From assembly GCF_006345805.1 (NCBI RefSeq), contig NC_042997.1, forward strand, positions 124,248,001 through 124,312,000: a stretch of DNA of 64,000 bases. The letters run 5' to 3'. Origin of the DNA: Octopus sinensis (taxonomy: Eukaryota). The translations under genes were made by a program, and so were the position numbers. The notes beneath the pieces were generated by a model. That model was not told the DNA's origin and made no database searches. It was given only the letters and a program-made list of their open reading frames with translations. Positions 1-12,492 of the stretch are shown here, in pieces. Every line of letters begins with the position of its first letter. Within the stretch, counting starts at the first letter, position 1.

Positions 1-32
1 GTGTGTGTGTGTGTGTGTGTGTGTAGGGCGGG

Positions 33-347
33 CCCCTTCGGTCATGAATGATGATGGGATTGCACCTACAAAGTTATCCTCCGAGGCAGAGGTGTGGTCA
101 AGGTTGTTTATAAAAGAGCAGCAGTCGCCCATCATACATACCACCTTCCCCTCTACATGCCACCAATGTTTTCCAAGCAAAGGAAAAGGGGCCAATACAG
201 TTTGGCACCAGTGACATTACAACTCATTTCTACAGCTGAGTGAACTGGACCAACATGAAATAAAGTGTCTTGCTCAAGAACAAAACACGTGGCCCGGTCC
301 GAGAATCGAACACACGAGCTCACGATCGTAAGCTCGACGGTCTAACC
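33..347 (-). mobile_element. tRNA-derived SINE with CORE/Meta-like central domain; 3' module shared with the SINE at 17776
   Basis: Minus strand reads GGTTAGACCGTCGAGCTTACGATCGTGAGCTCGTGTGTTCGATTCTCGG (tRNA-like, B box GTTCGATTC), then TTCTTGAGCAAGACACTTTATTTCATGTTGGTCCAGTTCACTCAGCTGTAGAAATGAG (CORE/Meta-like), ending GCAATCCCATCATCATTCATGACCGAAGGGG, which matches ~18208-18237. Confidence 0.8.
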
Positions 348-352
348 TGTGC

Positions 353-358
353 ACACAC

Positions 359-409
<51 letters not shown>

Positions 410-416
410 ATATATA

Positions 417-471
<55 letters not shown>

Positions 472-517
472 CATACATATATACATATATACATACATAC
501 ATATATATATATACATA

Positions 518-566
<49 letters not shown>
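353..566. repeat. (AT)n/(GT)n compound microsatellite
   Basis: Direct reading; explains ORFs 270..566 and 274..516. Confidence 0.97.
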
Positions 567-573
<7 letters not shown>

Positions 574-1463
574 TGTGTTTATATTTAAGTATATGTAGTG
601 CTACCAAGACGTCATATTTAACAAACGTACTAAAAGCACTTTGTTTTCGTTACAGTATATTATTTTTATTTACTATTTACGTTACTATCGTATCCATTGT
701 ATATTTATTAAATAAAGTTGGTTCCTTTTTCGACCACTCTTTATTTAATAATAGCATTTAACTGGCTAGTGTTTATGTTCGTTATTCAAGTTTTATGTTC
801 TTATTCTCAGAATATGAGGTTTTTGAAAAATACATGGCGACGTACATTATTATAATCCGTTTTAACTAGACTAAAGTGACTCGGACGTCATCGGAAAATA
901 ATAGAGATTTCAATGGAATATTTTTAATGCTGACTACATTAGGTTTGAATGCAGATACTATTTCTCTGCGTGTGTCAGTGCACGCGAAGTCGTATATGTG
1001 TTTGTTTGTTCGACTGTGCATATATGTGTGTGTGTGTGTGTGTATGTGTGTGTGTGTGTGTGCGTGCGTGAGTGTACAGTTGTGTGTTTGATGTATATGA
1101 ATTTGTGTGTGCTTGTATATGAATTTGTTTTCTTGTGTGTAATGCGTACATATACATGTGCACTATCAATTATATAAACATACATATTCTTAAATATTTC
1201 AGTTTTCTTGAGTGACATTAAATTAATAGATGTCAACGCAATACATACATTTATACATACACTCACACACACATATATACATTCATACATACCATACATA
1301 TATATGTGCGTGTGTTTTTGTGAGGGGTGTTCTACTGCTGCATTGGCTATGCAGTAAGATGGTAAGATCAACAAAAAAAGAACTCTGTCTGGTGAGAGTA
1401 TTTTATTTTTGTTGAGCTACTATTAGTTTCACACGATGAAAGCATGCCAGTGAGCATGTCTGG

Positions 1464-1464
<1 letters not shown>

Positions 1465-1557
<93 letters not shown>

Positions 1558-1560
1558 TAC

Positions 1561-1591
<31 letters not shown>

Positions 1592-1612
1592 TGTATGTAT
1601 GTATATATACAC
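1465..1612. repeat. (AT)n/(ATGT)n microsatellite
   Basis: Direct reading. Confidence 0.95.
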
Positions 1613-1865
1613 ATAGTTTGTGTGTGTATGTATATAAGTCTTCTGGTGAGTGAATGTGTATCTATATGTATGTTTATATTATGAGAGACAGAGAGAGACT
1701 AGCAGAAAGAGTGTTTATGTAAGTTTACTAAGTTTATGCATCATTCGAGTTACTGAACTTTCATCATATGAGGTCGAAACCAAATTTCTACCGTCAGGCT
1801 CAAAGTGACTAGGTAACAAAATTTGTTCTTTGCTATCGCTTAACCCAATGACTTATATATATATT

Positions 1866-1918
<53 letters not shown>

Positions 1919-2544
1919 TGTGTGTGTGTGTAAATATGTATATATGTATGTATATATGCACTTACATATACAGGTATACTGATGACCTTCACTCTATTTA
2001 CGAAATACTTTCCATTTTCAAACATAAGATTTTAGTCACATGCCACCATAATGCCATGCAGTTAAATATCATACATTGATAACATTACATATCTAAAGAT
2101 ACCAATCATAGCTATATTTTTCTAAAAGCATTGTTATATTAGCAATAAAAAATAATTTCAAATGGAGTGTAATTAAAATTATTTCCTATACAACTTAAGA
2201 ATGTAAATCAATAAAAAGTTTAAACCTGAAATGAAGTTATTTAGCTAATACTAATTAAAAGAGAAAAAAATGCCTATCGACTAATTAAATCTCTTTCAAT
2301 GTAGTAATTTTAGTTGTGAAAATATTATAGCGAATTTCCTTTATATACAACGTTTCTAAAATTTAGAAACCCCATTGTATAATAAGTACTAGTTGATCGC
2401 TCAAGGACTAAGCTACAAGATGCTAAGAGTTGAAACATCGTTCATCATAAACGTTTTGGAAGAAAGTGCACTTAGCGCTTTCCAACAACAAATACCAGTA
2501 AAATCTAAACGGTCGTAACAGACATAGCTTCTCAAAGTCAATGA

Positions 2545-3090
2545 CAAATACTGTACATTATGGTCGTTGTCGATGATGATGTGAGCGAACAAGATACGGC
2601 AGACTTGTGGAGTTCGTACGCATCGATGAAAATCAAATAATTAAAATCAAGTTTTTAGCCTATTTTAAATCACCAGAGACTACGAAAACTTGGGAAAATA
2701 TTTAATTTTTGTAAATTGACGGTTCAGATAAAATAGACATGAAAGAAATTATCATAAGTTTTGGAACTATTCGCAAAATCGTTCGTCGTCACAACATTGC
2801 TACATTGTAGAGATATCTTCAACAGCTATTTTTCCAATTACGGCAGATTAAGCTGCCGCTCACGTCCATCATGAGGACTTCCGTGTTGATTCCCCGACCA
2901 AGTAATGCAGGCTTTTTTCCTTTGTTGTGGTTACAATCAAAACGATGGTAAGGTGGATAATATTGTAAGTATTAAGGGCAAACAATCACATCTTCAACTA
3001 CAGCCTCATCAAATTTGAATTGATGTGGGAGATAAAGGCAGACAAAGGTTTCCTTATCTTCAATGAATTTGCTGATTGACTCGTTATATT
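2545..3090 (+). pseudogene. Possible hAT (Charlie/SPIN-like) transposase fossil
   Basis: Frameshifted translation VVVDDDVSEQDTADL/VEFVRIDENQIIKIKFLAYFKSPETTKTWENI recalls hAT DESTDVSDTAQLxIFxRxxD..ExLxxxxLxxTTTGEDIF. Later PITAD*AAA recalls ITTDGAPAM, and EIKADKGFLIFNEFAD*L recalls EMxAxHxxLLxHTEVRWL. Many stops; by-eye match only. Confidence 0.35.
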
Positions 3091-3568
3091 GATTAGCAGG
3101 TCCCAGTAATGAACCCATGCGTAGAAATTAGACACATTTTTCTGCAAAATATGGATAGTTTATCCTGTCCGTGCTATATTATTAGCATTAGCCTGCGTTT
3201 GAGAATAAAATTATTTCCTTATCTTTCAATACATTGCAACGGTTCTAAAGCAAACTTTGTTTATTTACTTCCTCCGTAATTTGAATTTAACGTAAGATAA
3301 CGTCTTATAAAGGTAGATTTATATATCCTGAATGCGTAAAAGTATTTGTTGTTCGGTCAGTTTAGCTTAAAGGTAAAGTACTTCGGAATATTTCACCGAC
3401 CAGCCCTGCTATTTTGAGATAGAAAAGAATCTTCAGTTTTAATGGCTTCATTATATACAAATATATTTACAAACATTTTATTCGAACTCTTTCTATTTGA
3501 ATATCCTGAATTCATAATAATATCACCTTTAAGATGCTTGTGTTTTGATCGTTTGTACATAGACATCT

Positions 3569-3870
3569 GTGGAGGCACATGGCCTAGTGGTTAGAGCAGC
3601 GGACTCGCTGTCGTGGGATCGCGAGTTCGAATCTCAGACCGAGCGATGTGTGTATTTATAAGCGAAACACCTAAGCTCCATGCAGCTCCGGCAGAAGGTA
3701 ATGGCGAACTTCTGCTGACTTCTTCGCCACAACTTTCTCTCACTCTTTCCTCCTGCATCTCGCAGCTCACCTGCATTGGACCGGCGACCCGTCCAGGTGG
3801 GGAACCTATACGCCAAGAAACCGGAAACCAGCCTTTATGAGCCAGGTATGGCTCGAGAAGGAACAAACAA
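3569..3870 (+). mobile_element. tRNA(Arg)-derived SINE, type A
   Basis: Head GGAGGCACATGGCCTAGTGGTTAGAGCAGCGGACTCGC with A box TGGCCTAGTGG, B box GAGTTCGAATC (3623-3633) and a TCG anticodon-like loop. (AAAC)n tail. TSD ACATAG(A/G)CAT at 3557-3566 and 3870-3879. Homologous to 12185-12492. Confidence 0.9.
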
Positions 3871-4534
3871 CATAGGCATTTACGCAATATGTAATTCCCA
3901 AATTATTTAAATGTCTATCAGAGTTCAGGCAAATTCTTTCTATCGTTGATATTTACGTATTGATACTTTGCATTGCACTTCTTGTCAGTATGAATGCCAT
4001 GACGCGGATGATTGTGGTCAAGCGATAGTCGTGTGTCTTGTTTGGTACATATTCATGCCATCCACTATTCATTCTCACGTCTCCCAAAGCATTTCACAGT
4101 ACACGTTTATACTGACTTAATCTCGTTTGTTACTATGTTCAGAGTTGGCAGAACTGAGCAATATCAAATGTGCTTAGATACTTACTGAATCGTCTGCATT
4201 TCTGGGAATACATTTCATAATTTTACTTTTGTAAGTTTTTTAGCTCTCCGGGGATTCTGTGTACTGCTAAAATCATAGCCTCCTATTCTATTTTAAACCA
4301 AGAAATTTAAGCAACAATTGCCTTTCACTCGGACATATTTTCTATCTGTCAAGTCTTTCATAATATCGGCTACAAACATACTTTTCTTTCTATTTTTATC
4401 TCTTTTGTTTAATATTTCTTTTCTGCTGCTTTATGATTCTTAGCGTAATCGTAATTCTTTGGTTAGTTTCAAGTTTATACTTGGTTCTTTTTTCGTGCAT
4501 ATATAGGCTAGCAATTTCTAAGGTGGTAGTTGGT

Positions 4535-4692
4535 CAGTTACATCGACCCCGGTGCTCAAATGGTACTTATTTCACTGTGCCCGAAAGGATGATAGGCAAA
4601 GTCGGTTTCGGCGGTATTTGAACTCAAAACGTAAAGTAGGAATAAATGCCGCTAAATATTTTGTCCGGCGTGCTAACGATTCTGTCAGCTCA
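4535..4692 (-). mobile_element. SINE type B (tRNA-like head), degenerate
   Basis: Matches the type B consensus (CATCGACCCC..GGTACTT..GAAAGGATGA.AGGCAAAGTCG..GGCGG.ATTTGAACTC..CGGCGTGCTAACG.TTCTG.CAGCTC) seen at 28836, 59013 and 60253. Confidence 0.85.
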
Positions 4693-6289
4693 ACATGTTT
4701 CCAACAATATTTTAATACTGATACGTGCAGGGAATGTTTTAGTAACTGAAATTGAGCCCGACAATGGAGTATTGTACAGCGCACTCGGCACATTGAAAGA
4801 TAAACTGTTTGAATCACTTCAACTTCTTTTGATTATAAAGTCGTGTAAGCAAAGGTTAAACAAATTTACAAACTGTTATGTGAACCATTTTTATTGCGTT
4901 GTCAACTATTTTTAAAGAAGCTTAAATTAAACGTAAATTACATTCCTATAAACTTAGCATTTGACCCGAAGAACCAGAAGCTAATAATAACTTTCAAAGA
5001 GTTCTACATGCAGGAATCCTTCAAATACATGATAATAGGTTAGACATAAACGCTGTGAATGTAATGTATACTACCAACAATCATTTAGCCTTTTAAATAT
5101 GTCATTCATATCATTTGGGAAAAACATGACCCTAACAGATAATTCAACCCTAAATAACCTCTAATATTAAAAGGGGTAAAAGTATATATACATAATCATA
5201 ATAGATATATTACTTAGATATGTAGAATTGTATCTTGGTAGCATTATTAAATCTCTTGTTCAAAATTCAAATAAATTTAAACTACGTTGTAGTTTGGAAT
5301 GAATTTCTACTAAAATGAATTTGGAATGAATTTCCACTGAAAAGCGAAAGGATTTTAAAAAATAGAGGCCAGCGGAAGAGAGGACAGCATTCACGCATTT
5401 TGACTCAAATTGGAGATAATAGCTAGATTGTAATGCAGACATGGAATTTCTTTCTAGGAGAAGAGTGGTTGATCAACACCTTTCTAGTAAAATCAATTCT
5501 ATGAAATTTGGCAACGAGAGAACGCAGGTAAACCAGAATGGATTGTGAATATAATATATAATCGACACTGATTTTTTAATAATGGCCACTTTTCGAACTA
5601 TCTGAATGAGCGGTGCTGTGAGACAGACTATGAAAGAAAGTTCATTTTGCTGGGTGTCTTTTGTTTGCTGTAATCGTTTGTTTCTGGCATCTATATTCTG
5701 AGAGCTCATGCGTATTTCATGTGTGATTGTCTCTCTTTGGGTTCTTACTTTTATAGCATTTTATGGGATTTCCTGTGTTGAATTCTGTTATGATACTTTT
5801 ATTGATTGTGGTGGGTTCTCTAATTATACCTGCAGTGAGCTGATATGCGTATTCCCTGTGTGTTCTTTATATGATTATATGAATCTTGATGTCGGTTCAT
5901 TTTCTATACATTTACTAGTTTCATTCCAATTATATATTTCTCCATTTCTTCGTGTAGTGGATATATTGCTGGTGTGTCATATGATTGTGGCATTTCAGCA
6001 TAGTTTTCACTGATCCTTCGTTCTCTGTTAATCTTGAATATATTTAATACAGAAAATATATGAGCCCAGCCATTCGAATGAGAATCAATTTAAGAGAGGA
6101 TACTTTTCCTGAAATGCATGTTGTAATATTTACGCATCGTTACCTCAACAAATTCAGATTATGTTTATTATCCAAACCCATTCATTCAATTATTTTTGCT
6201 CCCGTTTTAAACATTTATGAACACGATTCATTTCATATTGAATTGTGTTAGTTATATTTCCAGCTCATATCGTGCTTCTGTTTCTACAT

Positions 6290-6423
<134 letters not shown>

Positions 6424-6795
6424 GAGAGAGCATTACGTGCTATCAAAGTGAAGCTGACGTAAAATATACGAAACCCAGTATACACATCATGACTACCCCT
6501 CTGTTAAATGTACACCTGGCACGTGCATCATAATCATATGTGCGCGACATGGTAATCTCATATCAAGATAAACAGCGCATGACCTTACAGTTGGTGGCCC
6601 AGTTGGAATTTTTTTCAGGTCGAGTAGCCTTTCCCTCTGAAAACGTCCTTGAATAAGGATGTGGAACAAAACAGCCATGTTTCCAGAGGTGAATTATCCA
6701 ACCCCCAAAGTATTCCACTCAACAGATGGCTATGATTCTCCCCCACTACTACTTCTCGTGATCACAGATGCACATAACGTCAGCCACTAAGGGTC
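6424..6795 (-). mobile_element. Family E non-coding repeat, truncated at the inferred 5' end
   Basis: Colinear with 37255-37806, 37850-38405 and 42703-43225 (e.g. CGACATGGTxATCTCATATCAAGATAAACAGCGCATGA; CATGTTTCCAGAGGTGAATTAT). Strand inferred from (AAT)n polarity. Confidence 0.85.
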
Positions 6796-6804
6796 GTATG
6801 TGGC

Positions 6805-6982
6805 AAATTATTTAGCTGCATTTCATTCGTCTTTACGTTCTGAGTTCAAATTCCACCGAGGTCGACTTAGCCTTTGATCCTTCGGGATCGATAAGAAAAG
6901 TACCAGTTACGCATAGGGTTCGATGTAATCAAGCAGCCCACCCCTCAAAAAAATTTCAGCCTTGTACTTAAGGTAGAAGGGA
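6805..6982 (+). mobile_element. SINE type B, 5'-truncated
   Basis: TTTACGTTCTGAGTTCAAATTCCACCGAGGTCGACTTAGCCTTTGATCC...AAGTACCAGTTACG...GTAGAAGGGATT. Confidence 0.85.
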
Positions 6983-7029
6983 TTTTTGTTATTCTTAACT
7001 TCATCATCATAATCATCGTCATTCTTAAA

Positions 7030-7140
7030 ACGCGGAGCTACCAGAATCGTATACGGCATTTCATTCGTCCTTACGTCCTAGGGTCAATAACTGACACTGA
7101 AGGAGTGTGGTCGATGTAATCGACTTGTACCCCTAAAATT
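7030..7140 (+). mobile_element. SINE type B remnant followed by ATT/ACT tract
   Basis: GGCATTTCATTCGTCCTTACGT..GGGTCAATAA..GGTCGATGTAATCGACT; internally deleted. Confidence 0.55.
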
Positions 7141-8885
7141 ATTGTTATTATTATTTATTACTACTACTACTACTACTACTACTATCAGTATTATCATCAT
7201 CAACATCATCAGGTTTCGAAGCTTGTTTTTGAGAATTCAGTACAGGCAGACAATGCAGAGTGAGCACAATCCGGAAATTAATTTTTGTGTGACCAACAAG
7301 TAGAGGGATTCTGCGGTAAAGAAAGATGCGTCCTTAGGTATAAGACGTTGAAACGATCATTATAATCCCTCCAGCTTATTTTAACATCTCGAGAAAGTCA
7401 TTGCCTTGATCGATCTGAGAGGTGTAATATGTGTCATGACGCATCGAAAACAATTGGGTTGGAGAAACAGAACATGGAAAAAATTATATCCTACAATGAA
7501 TAGACACATTTTTTTCAATTCCAGGCAAAATGAAAGTCGTCATTGTCCCCATTGAGACTTCATAGAAAAAATTCCTACCTGCACTCAAATTACAGTCATG
7601 TACCCATTGCAAATACATGCCGCTTCTTTTATATTTTAATCCTTCCTTTCAAACACTCCTATCGCGAAGTAGTAGGAGGAGGACGAGAAGGAGGAGAAGG
7701 AGGAGGAAGAGGAGGATAGGCGGGGAGGAAGTGCAACAGGAAGGGGAAGAATAACAAGCATTTTTAGTTGTAATCTTAAGGCAATCAATAGCAGCACTTT
7801 TAGTGCAAAGGATAAAATGCTTTGTGCTGTTTGCCCTTGTCACCGAATGATCTTTAAGAAGTTAACTTTTTACATAGAAAATCTTGAAAAATCTGTATTA
7901 AAGAGAAACGTTATAATATAATTTATAAATAATTTTGATTCAATATTTTGCTAAAAGTATTCCCATTATTGTGATATATATATATATATATATTCTTTTC
8001 TACGCGATTAGAAATTCAAATTAGAAATTCAGATTTATATTATAACTGCTAAAATTTAATATATATCTGCATTGATTAATAAGTAATTTTAAACTAACAT
8101 TTTCACTATCTTATAAACGTTCCCAATTCTCTATCCCAATAAGAAATATAAATATGAAACCAGTAATAATTCTAAAATATAGATTTTAAATTAAAGAAAA
8201 TGGAAAGAAACTGCTAAATATTCTCACTAGAATGCGCTTTTCATTACGAGTCACTGAAATGTATACAAACCCGTTGAGAGAATACAAATGACGAAAGAAG
8301 AAATTATAACTCGAAGAAACGCTAATTTATTGGGTTAGGAAATATCAGTGATTGGTAAGTATACTGTCATTATTGGTAAAATCTAATTCCAATAACGCAG
8401 GGGAAATCAACATTTAAGTCACTGTCATTATATCTAAAACACAAAATATGGAAGACTGTCGATAACACATTTCGTACTGATAACTTTCTCAAACGTGTTT
8501 GCTGTAGTAAAGTGAAGTTTGAAAGATAATTAAGGGTTGTGAATGTAGAAGGTTATGAAATAAAATCAGAACCTCATATTCCTATTTAGCAACCAGGTTA
8601 ATACGTTCCATCAGTATCCGAGGGTCTTTTACGAAAAGAGTTAAATCATTTGTTTATGCCATTTCCATGTGATGTTTCCTTTTGGATGGTTTTACAACAT
8701 TTCATAGATGGCCTTTTACGTGCCATATTTTCTCATGAAATTGAAAGCTAGTCGAAATGTAACTGTATTGCATGTTATACAAAATCATTGATAACTAGAT
8801 GTGAAGGAAATTGTATCTATACACGTATGAATGTATATGTGTCTCTATATATGAATATGCATGTGAAAAAAAAAAAATATATATA

Positions 8886-8989
8886 TTACTCTCTCTTTTA
8901 CTTGTTTCCGTCTACCAAATACACTCACAAGGCTTTGGTCGGCCCGGGGCTGTAGTAGAAGACACTTGCTCAAGGTGCCACACAGCCAC

Positions 8990-8991
<2 letters not shown>
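8886..8991 (-). mobile_element. SINE type C mini-copy with two internal deletions
   Basis: CTTTTACTTGTTTC joined to CGTCTACCAAAT...AAGGTGCCAC joined to ACAGCCACTC; compare the full copies at 10003 and 14011. Confidence 0.85.
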
Positions 8992-9140
<149 letters not shown>

Positions 9141-9436
9141 TCCGTAGCGTAAACGTCAAATGTAACTACACTAAGAACCATTACATAAGAAGCGTCTATC
9201 ATGGGATTATTTTAAAATAACCAGTTATTTCGTGCTGAAGCGTCCAGAAATTGGTCGAAATAGTGATATTCACAGCTACCAGTGGCTTTATCTCATAAAA
9301 AAGAAAAGAATTATATGGTAATATATCTGCTCTTTCACTCTTTGATAGTGGTTTTTCAACATAAAAAAGATAAACATAGAAACGATTTTCTCCCCTCAAG
9401 TAGCGATCCCAGTACTTCTACCATTTATATGTTTGG

Positions 9437-9477
<41 letters not shown>

Positions 9478-9615
9478 TGTGTGTGTGTGTGGTACTGAGT
9501 TATTGAAAATTTGAAACGAAAAAATTAAGAAATTAAATATTGAAACACCCTAATGGCTTTTGGCTAACCCTATACCTATGAGTGCGTGTGAATGTACACA
9601 CATGCATGTATGTAC

Positions 9616-9646
<31 letters not shown>

Positions 9647-10002
9647 TGTATGTATGTATGTATGTACCTATGTATCTATGTATATGCGTCTTGTCATATC
9701 ACGGTGAGCATTGTACAATATGATATAAATTATTAGTTGCAGCTTCCATGTAGCAAGCGCCAAAGTTAACTTTTAACAAATCATTTATCAGTTGATATGT
9801 TTTTGAAGTGTTGTTAACAAGTGCAATTCTCAAACTCAGGAGGGCTTTCTGACTGGTGTTAATTCCAGTGAGTGTCACGTGGCAATGACAATGTGTCTTC
9901 AAATATGATTTCAAGATTAGCATCCTTTTGTGAAATAATTTTGGTAGACTGAATATGTACGAAAACTTAATTGTTGTTTTATATACTCACATATACACAT
10001 AT

Positions 10003-10230
10003 ATTCTTTTACTTTTATTCTTTTATTTGTTTCAGACATTTGACTGCGGCCATCCTGGGGCACCGCTTTTTAGTCGAACAAATCAACCCCAGGACTTATT
10101 AACTGTAAGCCTAGTACTTATTCTATCGGTCTCTTTTGCCGAACCGCTAAGTTACGGGTATGTAAGCACACTAATATTGGTTGTGAAACAATGTCGGTGG
10201 GGACAAACAAAGACACATAAACATATATAT

Positions 10231-10322
<92 letters not shown>

Positions 10323-10505
10323 ATAGAAAGGGAGAGAGAGACGATAGGCCTCTTTTAGTTTCCATCTACCAAATCCACGTACAAGGCTTTGGTCGGCTCG
10401 AGACTATAGTAGAAGACACTTGCCGAAGGTGCCACGCAGTGGGACTGAATCCCGAATCATGTGGCTGGTAAGCAAGTTACTTACCACACAGCCTCTCCTG
10501 CGCCT
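10003..10505 (-). mobile_element. SINE type C (tRNA head, CORE-like segment, internal microsatellite)
   Basis: Minus strand GGCGCAGGAGAGGCTGTGTGGTAAGTAAC...GGGATTCAGTCCCACTGCGTGGCACCTTCGGCAAGTGTCTTCTACTATAG, internal (AT)n, tail ...CAGTCAAATGTCTGAAACAAATAAAAGAATAAAAG; homologous to 14011-14468. Confidence 0.9.
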
Positions 10506-11275
10506 GTATAGAGACTGGAAATTCCTTTTGCTTTATGTATAATGATCATGCTTTTTCCACAATGTTCATAAATGTGAACAAATAATTCCCTCGTGGATAA
10601 AAAAATATTGAGTTTCTTTTAATTCAAGTTATGTATAATTCTTTAGACTTATTTCACTCGCGCACTGATTTTATAATTTAGAGATTATTCGTAAAACTAT
10701 ATTAGCTTTCAGATTATCCTTTATAAATTGTGTTCCGAAAAATATTATACATATATACATACCCTCATACAACCACACAACGTATACACACACATACACA
10801 TACGCACACATACCCACACACATATATATATACGCACACATATATACACATATACGTATGTGCGCGTGTGTGTGTATGTATATTAGTCATGAGTGTGACT
10901 TATAAAATGTATCCGATAGTGGAGCCAAGGCTCGAGATTCCCAGGCTTTTGTGTGTAAAACCAGCACCTAGAGAAGTAGCACCTGTCAGAATCCCAGTTC
11001 TGAGTTGATTAGCGTGTCACAGAATTACCTTCAATTGTTACATACAAATCTTAGATCCAAATAACTAGGTTCACACCGTGTCCACTATAGTAATAATATT
11101 AATCTGCATATATAAATATAAACAAGTGACTAAAAAATGGTAAGCTAATCTCAAGCAGAATCGAACTCGCAAATCGACGCTTTCATGGCTCCTTGCGAAT
11201 CTGATTGGTCAAACGCTCACCTATCATTTCAATGAAACTTAGTTAATATATACTTAAACAGTTTTGATACTATAT

Positions 11276-11438
11276 AAATAATATTTTTATAAATAAACGC
11301 GAAAGTCTTTGCGAGTTACGGAGAGAAAGCTACTATGGAAGATTCACAGTATAATAATTGTATGCAATATATATCATAATGATATGTATTCTCCGTAACT
11401 CGCAAAGTCTTTCGGATTGGTTTATAAAAATGTTATTT
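11276..11438. repeat. ~50-bp inverted repeat (foldback) with ~65-bp spacer
   Basis: Core CGAAAGTCTTTGCGAGTTACGGAGA (11300-11324) vs TCTCCGTAACTCGCAAAGTCTTTCG (11390-11414): 24/25 complementary; arms extend with mismatches to 11276 and 11438. Confidence 0.9.
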
Positions 11439-11444
11439 GTGTAG

Positions 11445-11491
<47 letters not shown>

Positions 11492-11929
11492 AAGAGTGAG
11501 AGAGAGAGAGAGAAGAAAGAGGGAAGGGAAGATTACTCATTTAAAGGTACATTAAACCGTCTTCAGCTACCCAAAATACGATGTTCAAATGTATTGCAAA
11601 CTGTAGCAGCCGATGAAAAACTATTCTAAACATGATACAGAATACAGTACTAGGTTTGGTGTTGGCTAACTTGAATCCGATATATAATGCGCAGAGGCTA
11701 ATTACAGTAACTAACACTGAATCTACTCCATAACAATTGAATATTATAATATTATAATAGAAGTAAAATTGTTTAGAGTAAGGCATCAGAAGATAAATAT
11801 TTCTGATGCTGAGATACATATATTCAAAAGAGTACTGGTGGAATTGCCATGTACGTGAAGATGTCACACTGCAATGCTACTTGTCACGCTTACTTACTGT
11901 ATATGAATCAAGCTTTTATGAATATATAT

Positions 11930-11960
11930 ATAAATAAATATATAATATATATATAATAAT

Positions 11961-11991
<31 letters not shown>

Positions 11992-12035
11992 TATATATAA
12001 TATATATATATATAATATATATATATATATAATAT

Positions 12036-12080
<45 letters not shown>

Positions 12081-12113
12081 ATATATATATATATATATAT
12101 AATATATATATAT

Positions 12114-12183
<70 letters not shown>
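11930..12183. repeat. Long imperfect (AT)n microsatellite
   Basis: Direct reading. Confidence 0.97.
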
Positions 12184-12184
<1 letters not shown>

Positions 12185-12185
<1 letters not shown>

Positions 12186-12492
12186 GAGCCGCAATGGCCC
12201 ATGGTTAGAGTAGTGGACTCGCGGCCGGAGGATCGCAGTTTCGATTCCCATACTGGGCGTTGAGTGTGATTGTTGAGAGGAAACACCTAAAAAGCTCCGC
12301 GAAGCTCCGGCAGGGTGTGGCAGTGACCCCTTTTGTACTCTTTCGCCACACTTTCTTTCTGTTTCTCTCACTCTCTCTTCCTGTTTCTTGAGTAGCGCTG
12401 CGATGGACTGGCGTCCCGTCCAGCTGGGGGAACACATGCGCCACAAAACCGGGAAACAGGGCCCATGAGCCTGGCTAGGCTTGAAAAGGGCG
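12185..12492 (+). mobile_element. SINE type A
   Basis: GGAGCCGCAATGGCCCATGGTTAGAGTAGTGGACTCGCGGCCGGAGGATCGCAGTTTCGATTCC head; body and tail (CTGGCGTCCCGTCCAG..GGGGAAC..GCC..AAACCGGGAAAC) colinear with 3569-3870. Confidence 0.88.

Noticed and set aside
3569-3640. tRNA-Arg-like genes at SINE heads (also 12185, 14011, 17776, 28990-29055)
   Set aside because: No complete cloverleaf or acceptor stem; each continues into a repeated SINE body.
5560-6010. A-rich minus strand with IIREPTTINK, faintly like Penelope YRKPT
   Set aside because: One weak motif only; could be any decayed retroelement. A profile search is needed.
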